Of a stretch of DNA of 64,000 nt, positions 18,080 through 27,650 are shown piece after piece. The stretch is taken from assembly GCA_964482725.1 (NCBI GenBank), contig CAYZYT010000003.1, forward strand, positions 49,252-113,251. The letters run 5' to 3'. The number at the start of each line of letters is the position of its first letter. Within the stretch, counting starts at the first letter, position 1. The position numbers were made by a program, and so were the translations under genes. The notes beneath the pieces were generated by a model. That model saw nothing but the letters and a program-made list of their open reading frames with translations. It was not told the origin of the DNA and did not search any database. The DNA comes from an uncultured bacterium (GTDB lineage: Bacteria; Omnitrophota; Omnitrophia; Omnitrophales; Aquincolibacteriaceae).

Positions 18080-18280
18080 ATGGTACAAGGTAAAGTGAAG
18101 TGGTTTAACAACTCAAAGGGCTATGGATTCATCTCCCGTGAGGGTGGCGCTGATGTGTTCGTGCATCACACCGCAATTCAGGGTGAGGGATACAAGTCTT
18201 TGGAAGAAGGCCAAGCGGTCGAATTTGAAGTGACCCACGGTCCCAAGGGCGAACAAGCCTCTAACGTTGTGAAGATCTAA
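18080..18280 (+). CDS. cspA: Cold-shock protein (CspA family)
   Basis: The 67-aa product [51 protein letters not shown]... carries the RNP1 and RNP2 motifs. An AAAGGAG RBS sits 8 nt upstream. Confidence 0.9.
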   Translation: MVQGKVKWFNNSKGYGFISREGGADVFVHHTAIQGEGYKSLEEGQAVEFEVTHGPKGEQASNVVKI

Positions 18281-18302
18281 GAACCACAACAAGAGAAATA
18301 AA

Positions 18303-18337
18303 AAGCCCGGTGGCGAAAGCTGCCGGGCTTTTTTTGT
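18303..18337 (+). terminator. Rho-independent terminator after cspA
   Basis: The sequence aaaaGCCCGGtggcgaaagctgCCGGGCttttttt forms a hairpin followed by a T7 run. Confidence 0.8.
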
Positions 18338-18372
18338 GTGTGAGGGGTGCCCATTTTTTTCGAGGCCGTGCG

Positions 18373-19728
18373 TTATGTTTTTTGCAGGGAAGTATCTTCA
18401 CTGAGATGTCCCCAGGGAAAAGCGGTAAAGGGGGTCTCTGCGGTAGAAAGCTCGATCACGAGCCGCTTGTTGTCCGTGAAGTAGGGGTCGTTGGTAAGAT
18501 TTTTATTCTTATGGTCAGGTCGGTCGAGCGTGGCATTCTCAACAAAACCATATTTTGAGATTTTTCCAACCTCAAGAAGGTCCGCCAGGAGATAATCCCG
18601 CGAGTCGTCCAGGTTCGGATCGATCTTGTGTGTGGTCATGTACCAGGTTTTAAATGTGAACTTGACGCCGATATCGCGACTGATGGCGCCCATCCAGACA
18701 GGCTTTCCGTTGTAACGCATCGGGGTGTACCAAAGGCGGAAGTGAAGCCGCTGGTTGATGTTGTCCCGGGTCTTCTGGAATGCGATGTCCTGCGGGTGAC
18801 CGTGATAGTAGAGCGAGCTGATCGGGGAGTAGCGGTCATTTTCTCCCGTGAGGAACGCCTTGGCCATCGAAAGGCCAGAACCCATGGTGAGTGCGGCGGT
18901 CTCATCCCAGCCCGACGAAGTGAAGATCGTGATCAGGTCCTCCAGCTCTCCGATCACCACAAGGTTCAGCGGATCTCCCGCCCGGTTCCCTTTTTTGTTC
19001 GAGGTGCAACCGGGAAGTCCTGCAAGGTGCTTTGGGAAATCCTTGTCTGTGTATGCGGCGATGGCATCTTCCTGATAACGGCTCGCGAAATCTTGGGTGG
19101 TGTAATCGGGTTTCATCCCTGGCACCGTCACCGTAAAATCAAAGATCTCGCGTTTTTCATCTCCGATGAGATCCACCTTAACGTGCTTTGTGCCTTGATC
19201 GACGGAGGTATAGAGAAATCCCTCGTGTTTCTTGCCCGGATGGATGACATAACTATGCATGGATACTTTTTCGAAGATCCCGTCCATTTTTTTGTTCGCG
19301 TAACGGATCGTGAAGAAATTGACAGGGATCAGGACGAGGGCCGGGAAGAAAAGGATCGCGAGGAGACCTGATTCAAAGAACTGCCGGGTTTGTCTGTAAT
19401 GGGCCGCATAGGCGGCTTCTTCCGCGGAATAATAATTAGGATCCATATTCCTTGGGATGAGGAAATAGGTGTCCTCGCTCTGGTTGTCGATCTCGAGCCA
19501 GACCGGCTGTATCCCTCTTTTGGCGAGCGCAGTGCCAAAGAATTTTTTAGCTTCCTTGTTGCTCAGGACCGTGAGCGTGACGGCCAGGTTGTTGCGGGTC
19601 TGGGTCTGCGCTCTTTCCATAAAGGATGCGCGGTCCGTTGTGTGAGGTCGGTATCGGACGCAGCCGGAAAAGGCGAGGGCGAGGACAAGGAACGGGATCA
19701 ACAGGGGCCGTGTCTTTTTTAAATACAT
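18373..19728 (-). CDS. Lipoprotein with one TM segment and a large C-terminal domain (possibly LssY-C-like); function unknown
   Basis: It has a lipobox (LALAFSGC), an internal hydrophobic helix, and a C-terminal domain of about 300 aa. The start was chosen at MYLKK, although the ORF opens at a TTG at 19776. The family assignment is from memory only. Confidence 0.45.
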   Translation of the reverse strand: MYLKKTRPLLIPFLVLALAFSGCVRYRPHTTDRASFMERAQTQTRNNLAVTLTVLSNKEAKKFFGTALAKRGIQPVWLEIDNQSEDTYFLIPRNMDPNYYSAEEAAYAAHYRQTRQFFESGLLAILFFPALVLIPVNFFTIRYANKKMDGIFEKVSMHSYVIHPGKKHEGFLYTSVDQGTKHVKVDLIGDEKREIFDFTVTVPGMKPDYTTQDFASRYQEDAIAAYTDKDFPKHLAGLPGCTSNKKGNRAGDPLNLVVIGELEDLITIFTSSGWDETAALTMGSGLSMAKAFLTGENDRYSPISSLYYHGHPQDIAFQKTRDNINQRLHFRLWYTPMRYNGKPVWMGAISRDIGVKFTFKTWYMTTHKIDPNLDDSRDYLLADLLEVGKISKYGFVENATLDRPDHKNKNLTNDPYFTDNKRLVIELSTAETPFTAFPWGHLSEDTSLQKT

Positions 19729-19904
19729 TGTGTCAGCCTTTTGGGTCAACGTACAACGCGCCACGGACAACGTCAAGGCTAGCCGTGCTCCGTTGACCGT
19801 TGACCGGGTTGCATCATGTTCTTTGGTAGAGTTTTGACTCTTGCTTCTCTATAATATACCACAGTTGGAGAACGTCCAATTCTTAACACGCCCGGAGGCG
19901 CCCT

Positions 19905-20696
19905 GTGAAAAGAATAGCCCCTTTTGTCGCAATACTTTTCCTCACCAGCTGTTCCACCGTCCCCATCACAGGCCGCAGACAACTTTCCTTTATCCCCCAA
20001 GGCGAACTCATGAGCTTGAGCGATCAGAGCTACAAGGACGTTCTGAGCAAAGCCACGATCTCGACCGACGCAGTATGGAAACAAAAAGTTACGAACGTCG
20101 GGCAAAAGATCGCAGCCTCGGCGGAGACCTTCATGCGCGAGAACGGGATGGAAAAGGATCTCAAAAATTACAAATGGGAATTCAATCTGATCCAGGATGA
20201 CAAGACCGTGAACGCATTCTGTATGCCGGGCGGAAAGATCGTGGTCTACACAGGGATCCTTCCGGCGGTGCAGGATGAGAACGGCCTAGCAACGGTGATG
20301 AGCCATGAAGTGGCGCACGCGATCGCCAATCATGGAGGGGAGCGGATGAGCCAGGAGCTTTTGGTCCAGGCGGGCGGTATGGGACTTGCGCAGATCACAA
20401 AATCAAAGCCGGCTTTGGCGCAAAAGATCCTGATGCAGGCTTATGGGGCGGGCTCTCAGGTGGGGATCCTTTTGCCCTACAGCCGCAGCCATGAATCCGA
20501 AGCGGACCATATCGGGCTTGTACTCATGGCCCGGGCGGGTTACGACCCAAAGACCGCAGTCGCTTTTTGGGAAAGGATGAGTACTCTCGGCGGAGCCAAA
20601 CCTCCGGAACTGCTTTCCACTCACCCCGCGAATGCGCGCCGGATCGCGGATATTAATAAAGAAATTCCCGAAGCGGAAAAATATTACAAAAGCTAA
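19905..20696 (+). CDS. M48 family zinc metallopeptidase lipoprotein
   Basis: It has a lipobox (LFLTSCS), the HExxH motif in MSHEVAHAIANH, and a downstream Glu. The GTG start is preceded by a TATAAT-containing region. Confidence 0.8.
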   Translation: MKRIAPFVAILFLTSCSTVPITGRRQLSFIPQGELMSLSDQSYKDVLSKATISTDAVWKQKVTNVGQKIAASAETFMRENGMEKDLKNYKWEFNLIQDDKTVNAFCMPGGKIVVYTGILPAVQDENGLATVMSHEVAHAIANHGGERMSQELLVQAGGMGLAQITKSKPALAQKILMQAYGAGSQVGILLPYSRSHESEADHIGLVLMARAGYDPKTAVAFWERMSTLGGAKPPELLSTHPANARRIADINKEIPEAEKYYKS

Positions 20697-20789
20697 AACA
20701 GGACGACAGACCGGAGACTAGAGACTAGAGACTGGAGCTAAATCTCTTGTCTCGGGTCTTTAGTCTTCAGTCTGAAAAATGGAGCAATT

Positions 20790-21119
20790 ATGAAATATAA
20801 AATATTGGCAGTCATATTTGTGATGATGTTTATGGTTGTTGGCATAAGTTATGCTGCGGACGAACAGGCCTCGCTCGGGACTCAAGCGGGTGAAGCGGCA
20901 CGGGAGTTGAAGCGTACGGCAGGAGAGACCTTTTCGACGGGGGCTGTGAAGGTCGCGGATTCTTCCAAGAAAGTGGAAGCCGAGGCCCAGGAGACTTTAA
21001 AAACGCTTCAGCAGCAATGGGATGTGCTTGCGAAGCAGCTTCAGGAGAAAACCAAGCAGATCCAGACGCAGTGGCAACAACAGTGGCAGGATTTCAATAA
21101 GTCCTCAAATAAGCCATAG
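20790..21119 (+). CDS. Small secreted Q-rich protein of unknown function
   Basis: It has a signal peptide (MKYKILAVIFVMMFMVVGISYA) and a glutamine-rich C-terminus (QTQWQQQWQDF). Confidence 0.4.
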   Translation: MKYKILAVIFVMMFMVVGISYAADEQASLGTQAGEAARELKRTAGETFSTGAVKVADSSKKVEAEAQETLKTLQQQWDVLAKQLQEKTKQIQTQWQQQWQDFNKSSNKP

Positions 21120-21219
21120 TGATCGGACTCAACGGATTAAGCTTTATAAAACAGGGTTTTGTCCGATGTATAGGGGGCACCTCCATATAGGAAAGGACCT
21201 TTAAAGAAATGGCCCTCAA

Positions 21220-22731
21220 ATGAATTTTCCAGAAGACCTTCGCAATCAGATCAAGACGCACATTGCCGAGCGTTGCGGCCTTTATTTTCGCGATCACGAC
21301 CTCCGAAACCTTGAAGCGGGTGTGAGCCAGAGGATGAAAGCTTGCGGCTTCGATTCTGTCCATTCCTATTATCTCCATCTGACGACCTCCGCAGAAAAAG
21401 AAGCGGAGTTTCGCGAACTTCTCAATCTCCTTACGATCAATCACACCTATTTTTTCCGCAATGAGCCGCAGTTCCTGGCCTTTAAAGACAAAGTGCTCCC
21501 CGAGCTTATCGAGTTGCGGATGCGGCAGGTGATCCAATATAAAACCGAACAAAAACCGAAGCTCCGGATCTGGAGCGCAGGCTGCTCCACGGGCGAAGAA
21601 CCGTATACGATTGCCATGATCCTGCGTGAAGCGATCCCGCACCCTGAGGATTGGGATATCGAGATCCTGGCGACAGACGCGTCATCGGAAGCTATGGAAA
21701 AAGCCAAGCGGGGGATCTATAACGAGAATTCCATGCGGCTGGTGGAAGAGTCTTACCGGAGCAAATATTTTATCAAGTCTGTTTTTGCGAGGTCCCATGA
21801 GGAATGGAAGATCTCTGACGAGATCAAGAGAATGGTCCGATTTGGTTTTCTGAATCTTGTGGGCGATCCCTATCCTCCGGAGCTTGATGTTATTTTTTGT
21901 CGCAACGTGACCATTTATTTCGAGAATAAAACTACCATCAAAATTATGGAAGATTTTGCCGCGACCCTGACGGATCCCGGCTATCTTTTTCTGGGGTACT
22001 CCGAGAGTTTGCAGTTCCTTACAGATAAATTCCGCATGGCGAGCTGGCAGGATGGTATCTACTACCGAAAGGCGACCGAAAAAGACGAAGAGGCGGCGCC
22101 CGTAGCCTGGGGGCCGGAGGAACAGGAAGTGGAAGCCTATGTCGAGTCGATGCCACTTCCGGCGCTTGTCGCGATCACCGAAAACAAGCAACCCGTGGTT
22201 CTCTCCTCCGAAGAGTTTGAAGCTGTGCGCCAGCAGATCATCCGTTTTATTTATCTCAAGGAATATTCTAAAGCCATGGATTTGATCGAAAAGGTCTCTG
22301 TAGAGGGCGAAAAAATAGCCGATATACATTATCTGGCAGCGGATATCTATGCCAACCGGAACCAGCATCAAGATGCGAAGGCAAGGCTCCGGAAAGCCTT
22401 GGCGGTTGATTCTCTCTTTGCGCCGGCTTATTATCTTTTAGGCTGCATTTATCTGGATGAGAGTAAAAACGATCAGGCCAAAGAGAGCCTCTTGAAAGCG
22501 CTCTATATCGACAAAGATTTTATCATGGCGCGTTTTTATATGGCGCATCTGTTCCGGAGCGAGGGACGGACGAGTGAAGCGATCCGGGAGTACCGGAACA
22601 CGCTGGCCGCCCTTTCCAAAGGGGTGCCCAGTCCGAGAAGTCAAATGATCTTGCAAAGCAGCGGGTTCAGCCCCGCGACCCTAAAAAGTGTTTGTTGCGA
22701 TAATCTCGAACGTCTGAAGATGGAGTCCTGA
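21220..22731 (+). CDS. cheR: Chemotaxis protein methyltransferase CheR with C-terminal TPR repeats
   Basis: It carries the CheR SAM-binding motifs (LRIWSAGCSTGEEPYTIAMIL ... ILATDASSEAMEKAKRGIY ... DVIFCRNVTIYF), followed by TPR-like repeats of about 150 aa (AADIYANRNQHQDAKARLRKALAVD...). Confidence 0.9.
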   Translation: MNFPEDLRNQIKTHIAERCGLYFRDHDLRNLEAGVSQRMKACGFDSVHSYYLHLTTSAEKEAEFRELLNLLTINHTYFFRNEPQFLAFKDKVLPELIELRMRQVIQYKTEQKPKLRIWSAGCSTGEEPYTIAMILREAIPHPEDWDIEILATDASSEAMEKAKRGIYNENSMRLVEESYRSKYFIKSVFARSHEEWKISDEIKRMVRFGFLNLVGDPYPPELDVIFCRNVTIYFENKTTIKIMEDFAATLTDPGYLFLGYSESLQFLTDKFRMASWQDGIYYRKATEKDEEAAPVAWGPEEQEVEAYVESMPLPALVAITENKQPVVLSSEEFEAVRQQIIRFIYLKEYSKAMDLIEKVSVEGEKIADIHYLAADIYANRNQHQDAKARLRKALAVDSLFAPAYYLLGCIYLDESKNDQAKESLLKALYIDKDFIMARFYMAHLFRSEGRTSEAIREYRNTLAALSKGVPSPRSQMILQSSGFSPATLKSVCCDNLERLKMES

Positions 22732-23195
22732 TGAAGACCCTTATTTTTTCGATCGGCGAAAAAGATTACGGGGCGGACATTGCCCAGGTCCGGGAAGTCA
22801 TCCGGATGAGAAAAGTGACACGTGTCCCGGAAGCGCCTTCTTTTGTCGAAGGGGTGATCAGTCTTCGTGGCCGCGTCATTCCGCTCATCAATCTTCGGAA
22901 AAAGCTCGGCATGAAGTCTGAAGCGGTGCCGTCCAATCGCATTGTGGTGACCACGATCCAGAACCACTGGGCGGGAATCTTGGTGGACCTGGTCAAGGAT
23001 GTTGTGACGCTTCAATCAGAAGATATTGTCAAGCCGGACGAAGTACTTCAAAGCGTGACCTATCTTCTCGGGGTTGCCAAGTGGGAGGGCCGGGTGGTTC
23101 TCCTGGTGGACCTCACAGGGTTTCTGCGCGGAGAAGAATCCGCGGGGCTCCAAATGGTCCAGGAACGCGTTGAGATCAAAAAAAAGGAATCCTAA
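22731..23195 (+). CDS. cheW: CheW-like coupling protein
   Basis: 154 aa with a CheW fold (FSIGEKDYGADIAQVREVIRMRKVTRVPEAPSFVEGVISLRGRVIPLINLR). Its start overlaps the cheR stop (TGATG). Confidence 0.85.
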   Translation: MKTLIFSIGEKDYGADIAQVREVIRMRKVTRVPEAPSFVEGVISLRGRVIPLINLRKKLGMKSEAVPSNRIVVTTIQNHWAGILVDLVKDVVTLQSEDIVKPDEVLQSVTYLLGVAKWEGRVVLLVDLTGFLRGEESAGLQMVQERVEIKKKES

Positions 23196-23719
23196 TGACC
23201 GGGGATCAAGACAAAATTTATATCGATTCTGAGGGCGATGAATTTTCTGAGGAGATAAGTCATAAAAAGCTTCTTCGTGTGTTGGTTTTTTCTCTCGGGA
23301 AAGAAAATTATTGCGTGGATGTCCGTCAGGCCAAAGAGGTCATGAAAATGCCGGAAACGACCCGGGTTCCGAACGTTCCTGCCTTTGTGCTTGGCGTGGC
23401 AAACCTCCGCGGCGAGATCATCAGCATTCTTGATATGCATTATTTCTTCGGACTAGAACCGCAGGGAAAGTCCCAGGATGTTCGCGTCATCGTCACCGAT
23501 CTGAGCGGCGAGGCGGTCGGGCTTCGGGTGGACCGGGTGAACGATACGATCGGGATCAATGAAGACGAGATCCAGGTGCCTCTGGCAACGCTCCGAGGGA
23601 ATCTTGCGGCTTATACTAAGGGGCAGATAGCCCAAGGTGGAGAGATACTGATCTTTCTGGATCTCGACAAGGTTTTGCGCTGCGATGAGATGCAACGCTT
23701 GAGAAAAGGGGAAGGATAG
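23195..23719 (+). CDS. cheW: CheW-like coupling protein (second copy)
   Basis: 174 aa (FSLGKENYCVDVRQAKEVMKMPETTRVPNVPAFVLGVANLRGEIISILDM). Confidence 0.85.
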   Translation: MTGDQDKIYIDSEGDEFSEEISHKKLLRVLVFSLGKENYCVDVRQAKEVMKMPETTRVPNVPAFVLGVANLRGEIISILDMHYFFGLEPQGKSQDVRVIVTDLSGEAVGLRVDRVNDTIGINEDEIQVPLATLRGNLAAYTKGQIAQGGEILIFLDLDKVLRCDEMQRLRKGEG

Positions 23720-23731
23720 CGAATCGGTTCT

Positions 23732-23862
23732 GTCATTCCCGCGCCACCGCCTGCAAAGCGGCGGGGTCCCGCCCGACGGCGGGAAAAGCGGGAATCCAGA
23801 TCGGGATAAACTTCAGAGGGGATTCAGAGATTGGATTCCCGATAAAAACATTCGGGAATGAC
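23732..23862. repeat. MITE-like nested palindrome element, copy E1 of the GTCATYC...GRATGAC family
   Basis: Its termini are GTCATTCCCGCG ... CGGGAATGAC, with internal hairpins (ccgcctgcaaagcggcgg, tcccgcccgacggcggga, cccgataaaaacattcggg). It is a longer relative of the copy at 51574-51637. Confidence 0.5.
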
Positions 23863-23929
23863 AAGCAGCACGTCAATTGAATTTTAAATCAACTTGGATG
23901 AGTCTTTAAAATAAAAAGGGAGAAACACA

Positions 23930-25807
23930 ATGGCAAACTTATTGCGGAAGAGTCTTAAAGTCCGGGTGTTCGTGACATTCCTCGCGGTGGCGATCGTCGC
24001 GGTGTCTTTGCTGGGCGTGGTCGCGTATTTTTCAGGCCGGCGAATACTGCAGAAACAAATTCTTGATAGCTATAAGAACATTTCAGACTCAAGGGAAGGA
24101 GAGATCGTCATGTCCCTTGACGAGGCTAAGGCCGAATTTGCGCTTTTGGCCGGGGATTATCATATTCGGGAGCTCACGGAAAAGATTGTTAAAAACGATT
24201 TGGAAGCGGCGCGATCGCTCCAGGAACTTGTCGCCTATGCCAGGGCGCTTCTCGCGACAGGGAAGAACAGCTACGAATATTTCATTGTGGATATGCGGGG
24301 TAAGATCCTCGCCTCGACCGATGAGGCGCATATCGGAATCGACCGGGCGAAAGATGCGTATTTTATCAACGGACAAAAGCAGCTTTATATCAAAGATATC
24401 GGCAAATCCGAAATCACCGGCCAAGTCGGGTATGTGGTGGCGGGTCCGCTTCACTCGGTGGGCTCCGGGGAACTTTTGGGGGTGTTCTGCATTCGCCGAA
24501 ATCTTGAGCAAATGAACGCCATTATTTCAAATCACGAGGGCATGGGAGAAACCGGGGATATCTATATTGTTAATAAGGATGGATATTTGTTCACGAATTC
24601 CGCGTTTGAGGCAGCAGAGGCTCTCAAGAAAAGGATCGAGACTGAGCCCGTCCAGCTCTGGCAGTCGCAGAGAAAAGAATTAACGGGCCTCTACCGGGGA
24701 TTTGCAGGACAAATGGTGCTGGGCTCTTCGCATGGAGCGGATCTCTTAAAGGCCACGAACGACCTGGGATGGCTCTTGATCGCCAAGATCGACGCGCAGG
24801 AGGCTTTCGCACCAGTCCAGAAATTGGGTTTCACGATCCTCATGATCGGCTGCATCATCAGTATTCTGGTGGCACTCATCGCTTATCGTATTGCCAGCGG
24901 CATTGTCAACCCCATTACCGCGATCGCTCAGATCGCCCAAAGGGTGGGAGAAGGCGATCTGACTCATAATGTCGCGGAGACGACCGCTCAGGATGAGATC
25001 GGAAATCTGACAGCCGGTTTCAGGGCCATGATCACCGGACTCCGTAATATTTTGATGAAAGTCCAGGAAGCCACGGGGCAGATCACTGCTTCCGGTACCG
25101 AGATCCTTGCAGCGTCCCAGCAACAGGCCTCGGCGGCGCGGGAGCAATCTTCCGCGGTTGCGGAAACATCGTCAGCGGCGAAGGAGCTCTCCACAACCTC
25201 GGAGTCCGTGGGCGAAAGCATCAAGAAGGTCGCGCAAGTTGCGTCCCACGCCATGGCCGGAATGGCGAAGATCAAGGAATCGATCGATAAAACGAACGGG
25301 ATGCTGAACTCTCTTGGGGAGAAATCCCAAAAGATCGGGAAGATCACCGATCTTATCGATGACGTGGCCGACCAAACGAATCTTTTAGCTGTGAATGCTT
25401 CGATCGAAGCCGCGCGTGCCGGAGAACAGGGCCGAGGGTTTACGGTCGTGGCTGATGAGATCCGAAAACTTGCGGATTCGACCGCAAAATCCACCAAAGA
25501 TATCACGGGGCTGATCGAACTGATCCAGCACGAGATGTCGAACGCGATCATGTCGATGGAGCAAAGCATTCAGAGCGTGGATGAAGAGGCGCGGCTCGCG
25601 CAGCAGACCACGGAAAAGACCAAAGAGATCGCGATGAGCACGCACCAGCAGATTTCGGGCGCCAAACAGATCGCGGAAGCGATGATGAATATCGACGAGA
25701 CCATGAAACAGGTGGCCGCCGGGGCGCAGCAATCCCAGGTCGCCGTCAAACAGCTTACGGCCATGGCCGGGGAATTGAATCACCTGGCGTCGAAGTTCAA
25801 GCTGTAA
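23930..25807 (+). CDS. Methyl-accepting chemotaxis protein with a large periplasmic (double-Cache-like) sensor, HAMP and MCP signalling domain
   Basis: The layout is TM1, a periplasmic region of about 280 aa, TM2, HAMP ([23 protein letters not shown]), then an MCP signalling domain ([31 protein letters not shown]). Confidence 0.9.
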   Translation: MANLLRKSLKVRVFVTFLAVAIVAVSLLGVVAYFSGRRILQKQILDSYKNISDSREGEIVMSLDEAKAEFALLAGDYHIRELTEKIVKNDLEAARSLQELVAYARALLATGKNSYEYFIVDMRGKILASTDEAHIGIDRAKDAYFINGQKQLYIKDIGKSEITGQVGYVVAGPLHSVGSGELLGVFCIRRNLEQMNAIISNHEGMGETGDIYIVNKDGYLFTNSAFEAAEALKKRIETEPVQLWQSQRKELTGLYRGFAGQMVLGSSHGADLLKATNDLGWLLIAKIDAQEAFAPVQKLGFTILMIGCIISILVALIAYRIASGIVNPITAIAQIAQRVGEGDLTHNVAETTAQDEIGNLTAGFRAMITGLRNILMKVQEATGQITASGTEILAASQQQASAAREQSSAVAETSSAAKELSTTSESVGESIKKVAQVASHAMAGMAKIKESIDKTNGMLNSLGEKSQKIGKITDLIDDVADQTNLLAVNASIEAARAGEQGRGFTVVADEIRKLADSTAKSTKDITGLIELIQHEMSNAIMSMEQSIQSVDEEARLAQQTTEKTKEIAMSTHQQISGAKQIAEAMMNIDETMKQVAAGAQQSQVAVKQLTAMAGELNHLASKFKL

Positions 25808-25867
25808 AGAAGCAAGAGGTAAAGAAATAAGAAGCAAAGAAACAAAGAAGCTGGCGCCATGTTGTTT

Positions 25868-25893
25868 TCTCTTGGGGACAAGAGGGTTTTTTT
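25868..25893 (+). terminator. Rho-independent terminator between the two MCP genes
   Basis: A CTCTTG-GGGA-CAAGAG hairpin followed by a T7 run. Confidence 0.55.
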
Positions 25894-25968
25894 GCGTCTT
25901 GGCTTCTTGCCTCTTGAATTTATTTGCGATTTTTATCAAATTGAAGCCAAAAGCGTTGGGGAAAAACC

Positions 25969-27477
25969 GTGAAGAAGAGTTTGGGGATCAGGGGAAAATT
26001 CATGATAGCGTTGCTGGGGATCTTGTTCCTCGGCGGCGCCTTGATGATGGCTTGGCTTTATTATTCTTCGCACGAGAATGTGAAGCGCCAAGCGATCCAG
26101 GGGGCGACGGTCCTGTCGGAGTCGATCCATGAAGCCGTCTATGGATTTATGCGGACCGGTCAGCAGAGCGATCTTGAGGCTTATCTTGAAAAAGGGAGCA
26201 AGATTCAATCGGTCGATGAGATCCGGGTGATACGAACCGATGTTCTGGAAAAAGAGCTGAGTGCAAAAAAAGATGGTTACGTGAAAGATGCTCTTGACCA
26301 GCAGGCGCTGAGTTCTGGTCAGATCCAACGGAAAATAGTGATCGCCGGGCGCGGGGAAGCCACCCGGATCGTTTCGCCGGTGATCGCGGAAAAATCATGC
26401 GTTGCCTGTCATGCGAGTGCCCGGGAAGGCGGGGTGATGGCCCTTTTGAGGACGACGGTCGTGTTCCAGTCGAGCCTGGATGCGATGAGGAGGGATCTGC
26501 TTAGGGCCGGTTTTATGCAGACCCTGATCCTGGTGATCGTGATCGGGGCAATTTTTATGCTGATTAGCAGGCTGATGGTGAATCCCTTGAATTCTCTGGC
26601 GGCGGTCGTCGATCTTGTTTCCAATGCCGACCTGACGCAGGAAGTGAAGGTCGGATCCCAGGATGAGATTGGCAGGCTCGCCGTAAGATTCAACAATATG
26701 ACGGCAGGGTTAAAGAATATTATAAAAAAAGTTCAGGAAGCTACGGGCCACATCACGACGGCGAGCCGTGAGATCCTTCTGGCGTCGCAGAAGCAGGCTT
26801 CAACCGCCCGAGAGCAGTCGTCCGCTGTGGCGGAAACGACGACCGCGGCCCAGCAACTGACCTCGACCTCCGTGCAGGTCGGGGAGAACAGCCGGAAGGT
26901 CGCCCAGGTGGCGGGTCATGCCCTGGAAGGGATGGCCAAGATCAAAAAAGCTATTTCCAAGACCCATGCAATGCTGGCGGAACTGGGCGAAAAATCTCAA
27001 AGGATCGGGACGATCACGGAACTGATCGATGATGTGGCGGATAAGACCAACCTGTTGGCGATAAATGCCTCGATTGAAGCGGCGCGTGCAGGAGAGCAAG
27101 GGCGCGGGTTTACGGTGGTCGCCTGTGAGATCCGCAAACTCGCGGATTCGACCGCCGCCTCAACCCAGGATATTACGGCGCTGATCGAGCTCATCCAACA
27201 TGAGATGTCCGATGCCATTGTCTCGATGGAAGAAAGCGTTCAGGGCGTGGACGAAGAGATGCGTCTTGCCCATCAGACCACGGAGAAGACCAAAGAGATT
27301 GAGACGAGCACGCACCAGCAGATCGCGGGCGTTCGGCAGATATCAGAGGCGATGATGAGCATCGATGGTGCGATGAAGCAGATCGCGACCGGTTCTCAGC
27401 AGTCGCAGGTCTCGGTCAAGCGGCTCGACGAGCTGGCCGGAGAATTGAAACAACTGGCCTCGAAGTTCAAGTTGTAA
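25969..27477 (+). CDS. Methyl-accepting chemotaxis protein with a small periplasmic sensor carrying a CXXCH c-type heme-binding motif
   Basis: The layout is TM1, a periplasmic domain of about 140 aa containing EKSCVACHAS (nt 26398-26412), TM2, HAMP, then an MCP signalling domain. The signalling domain is near-identical to that of the upstream MCP. Confidence 0.85.
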   Translation: MKKSLGIRGKFMIALLGILFLGGALMMAWLYYSSHENVKRQAIQGATVLSESIHEAVYGFMRTGQQSDLEAYLEKGSKIQSVDEIRVIRTDVLEKELSAKKDGYVKDALDQQALSSGQIQRKIVIAGRGEATRIVSPVIAEKSCVACHASAREGGVMALLRTTVVFQSSLDAMRRDLLRAGFMQTLILVIVIGAIFMLISRLMVNPLNSLAAVVDLVSNADLTQEVKVGSQDEIGRLAVRFNNMTAGLKNIIKKVQEATGHITTASREILLASQKQASTAREQSSAVAETTTAAQQLTSTSVQVGENSRKVAQVAGHALEGMAKIKKAISKTHAMLAELGEKSQRIGTITELIDDVADKTNLLAINASIEAARAGEQGRGFTVVACEIRKLADSTAASTQDITALIELIQHEMSDAIVSMEESVQGVDEEMRLAHQTTEKTKEIETSTHQQIAGVRQISEAMMSIDGAMKQIATGSQQSQVSVKRLDELAGELKQLASKFKL

Positions 27478-27650
27478 GCAGTTCGCGGACCTTGTGAGTG
27501 GACTCAAGGGATTGATGGGGATGTTGATCCCATAGGTAGCGGCAACGGTCATGAAGCCCGTATCGGTAACGGCAAAGGTGACGAGACCGTAACTGGAAGA
27601 CGAAACGGGCATCGTTACCGTAACCGAACAATGTAATTCGGGGGTTAAAA

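Noticed and set aside
18628-19371. A 247-aa + strand ORF inside the lipoprotein gene at 18373-19728
   Set aside because: It is antisense to a gene that has clear signal-peptide and lipobox features, and it has no RBS.
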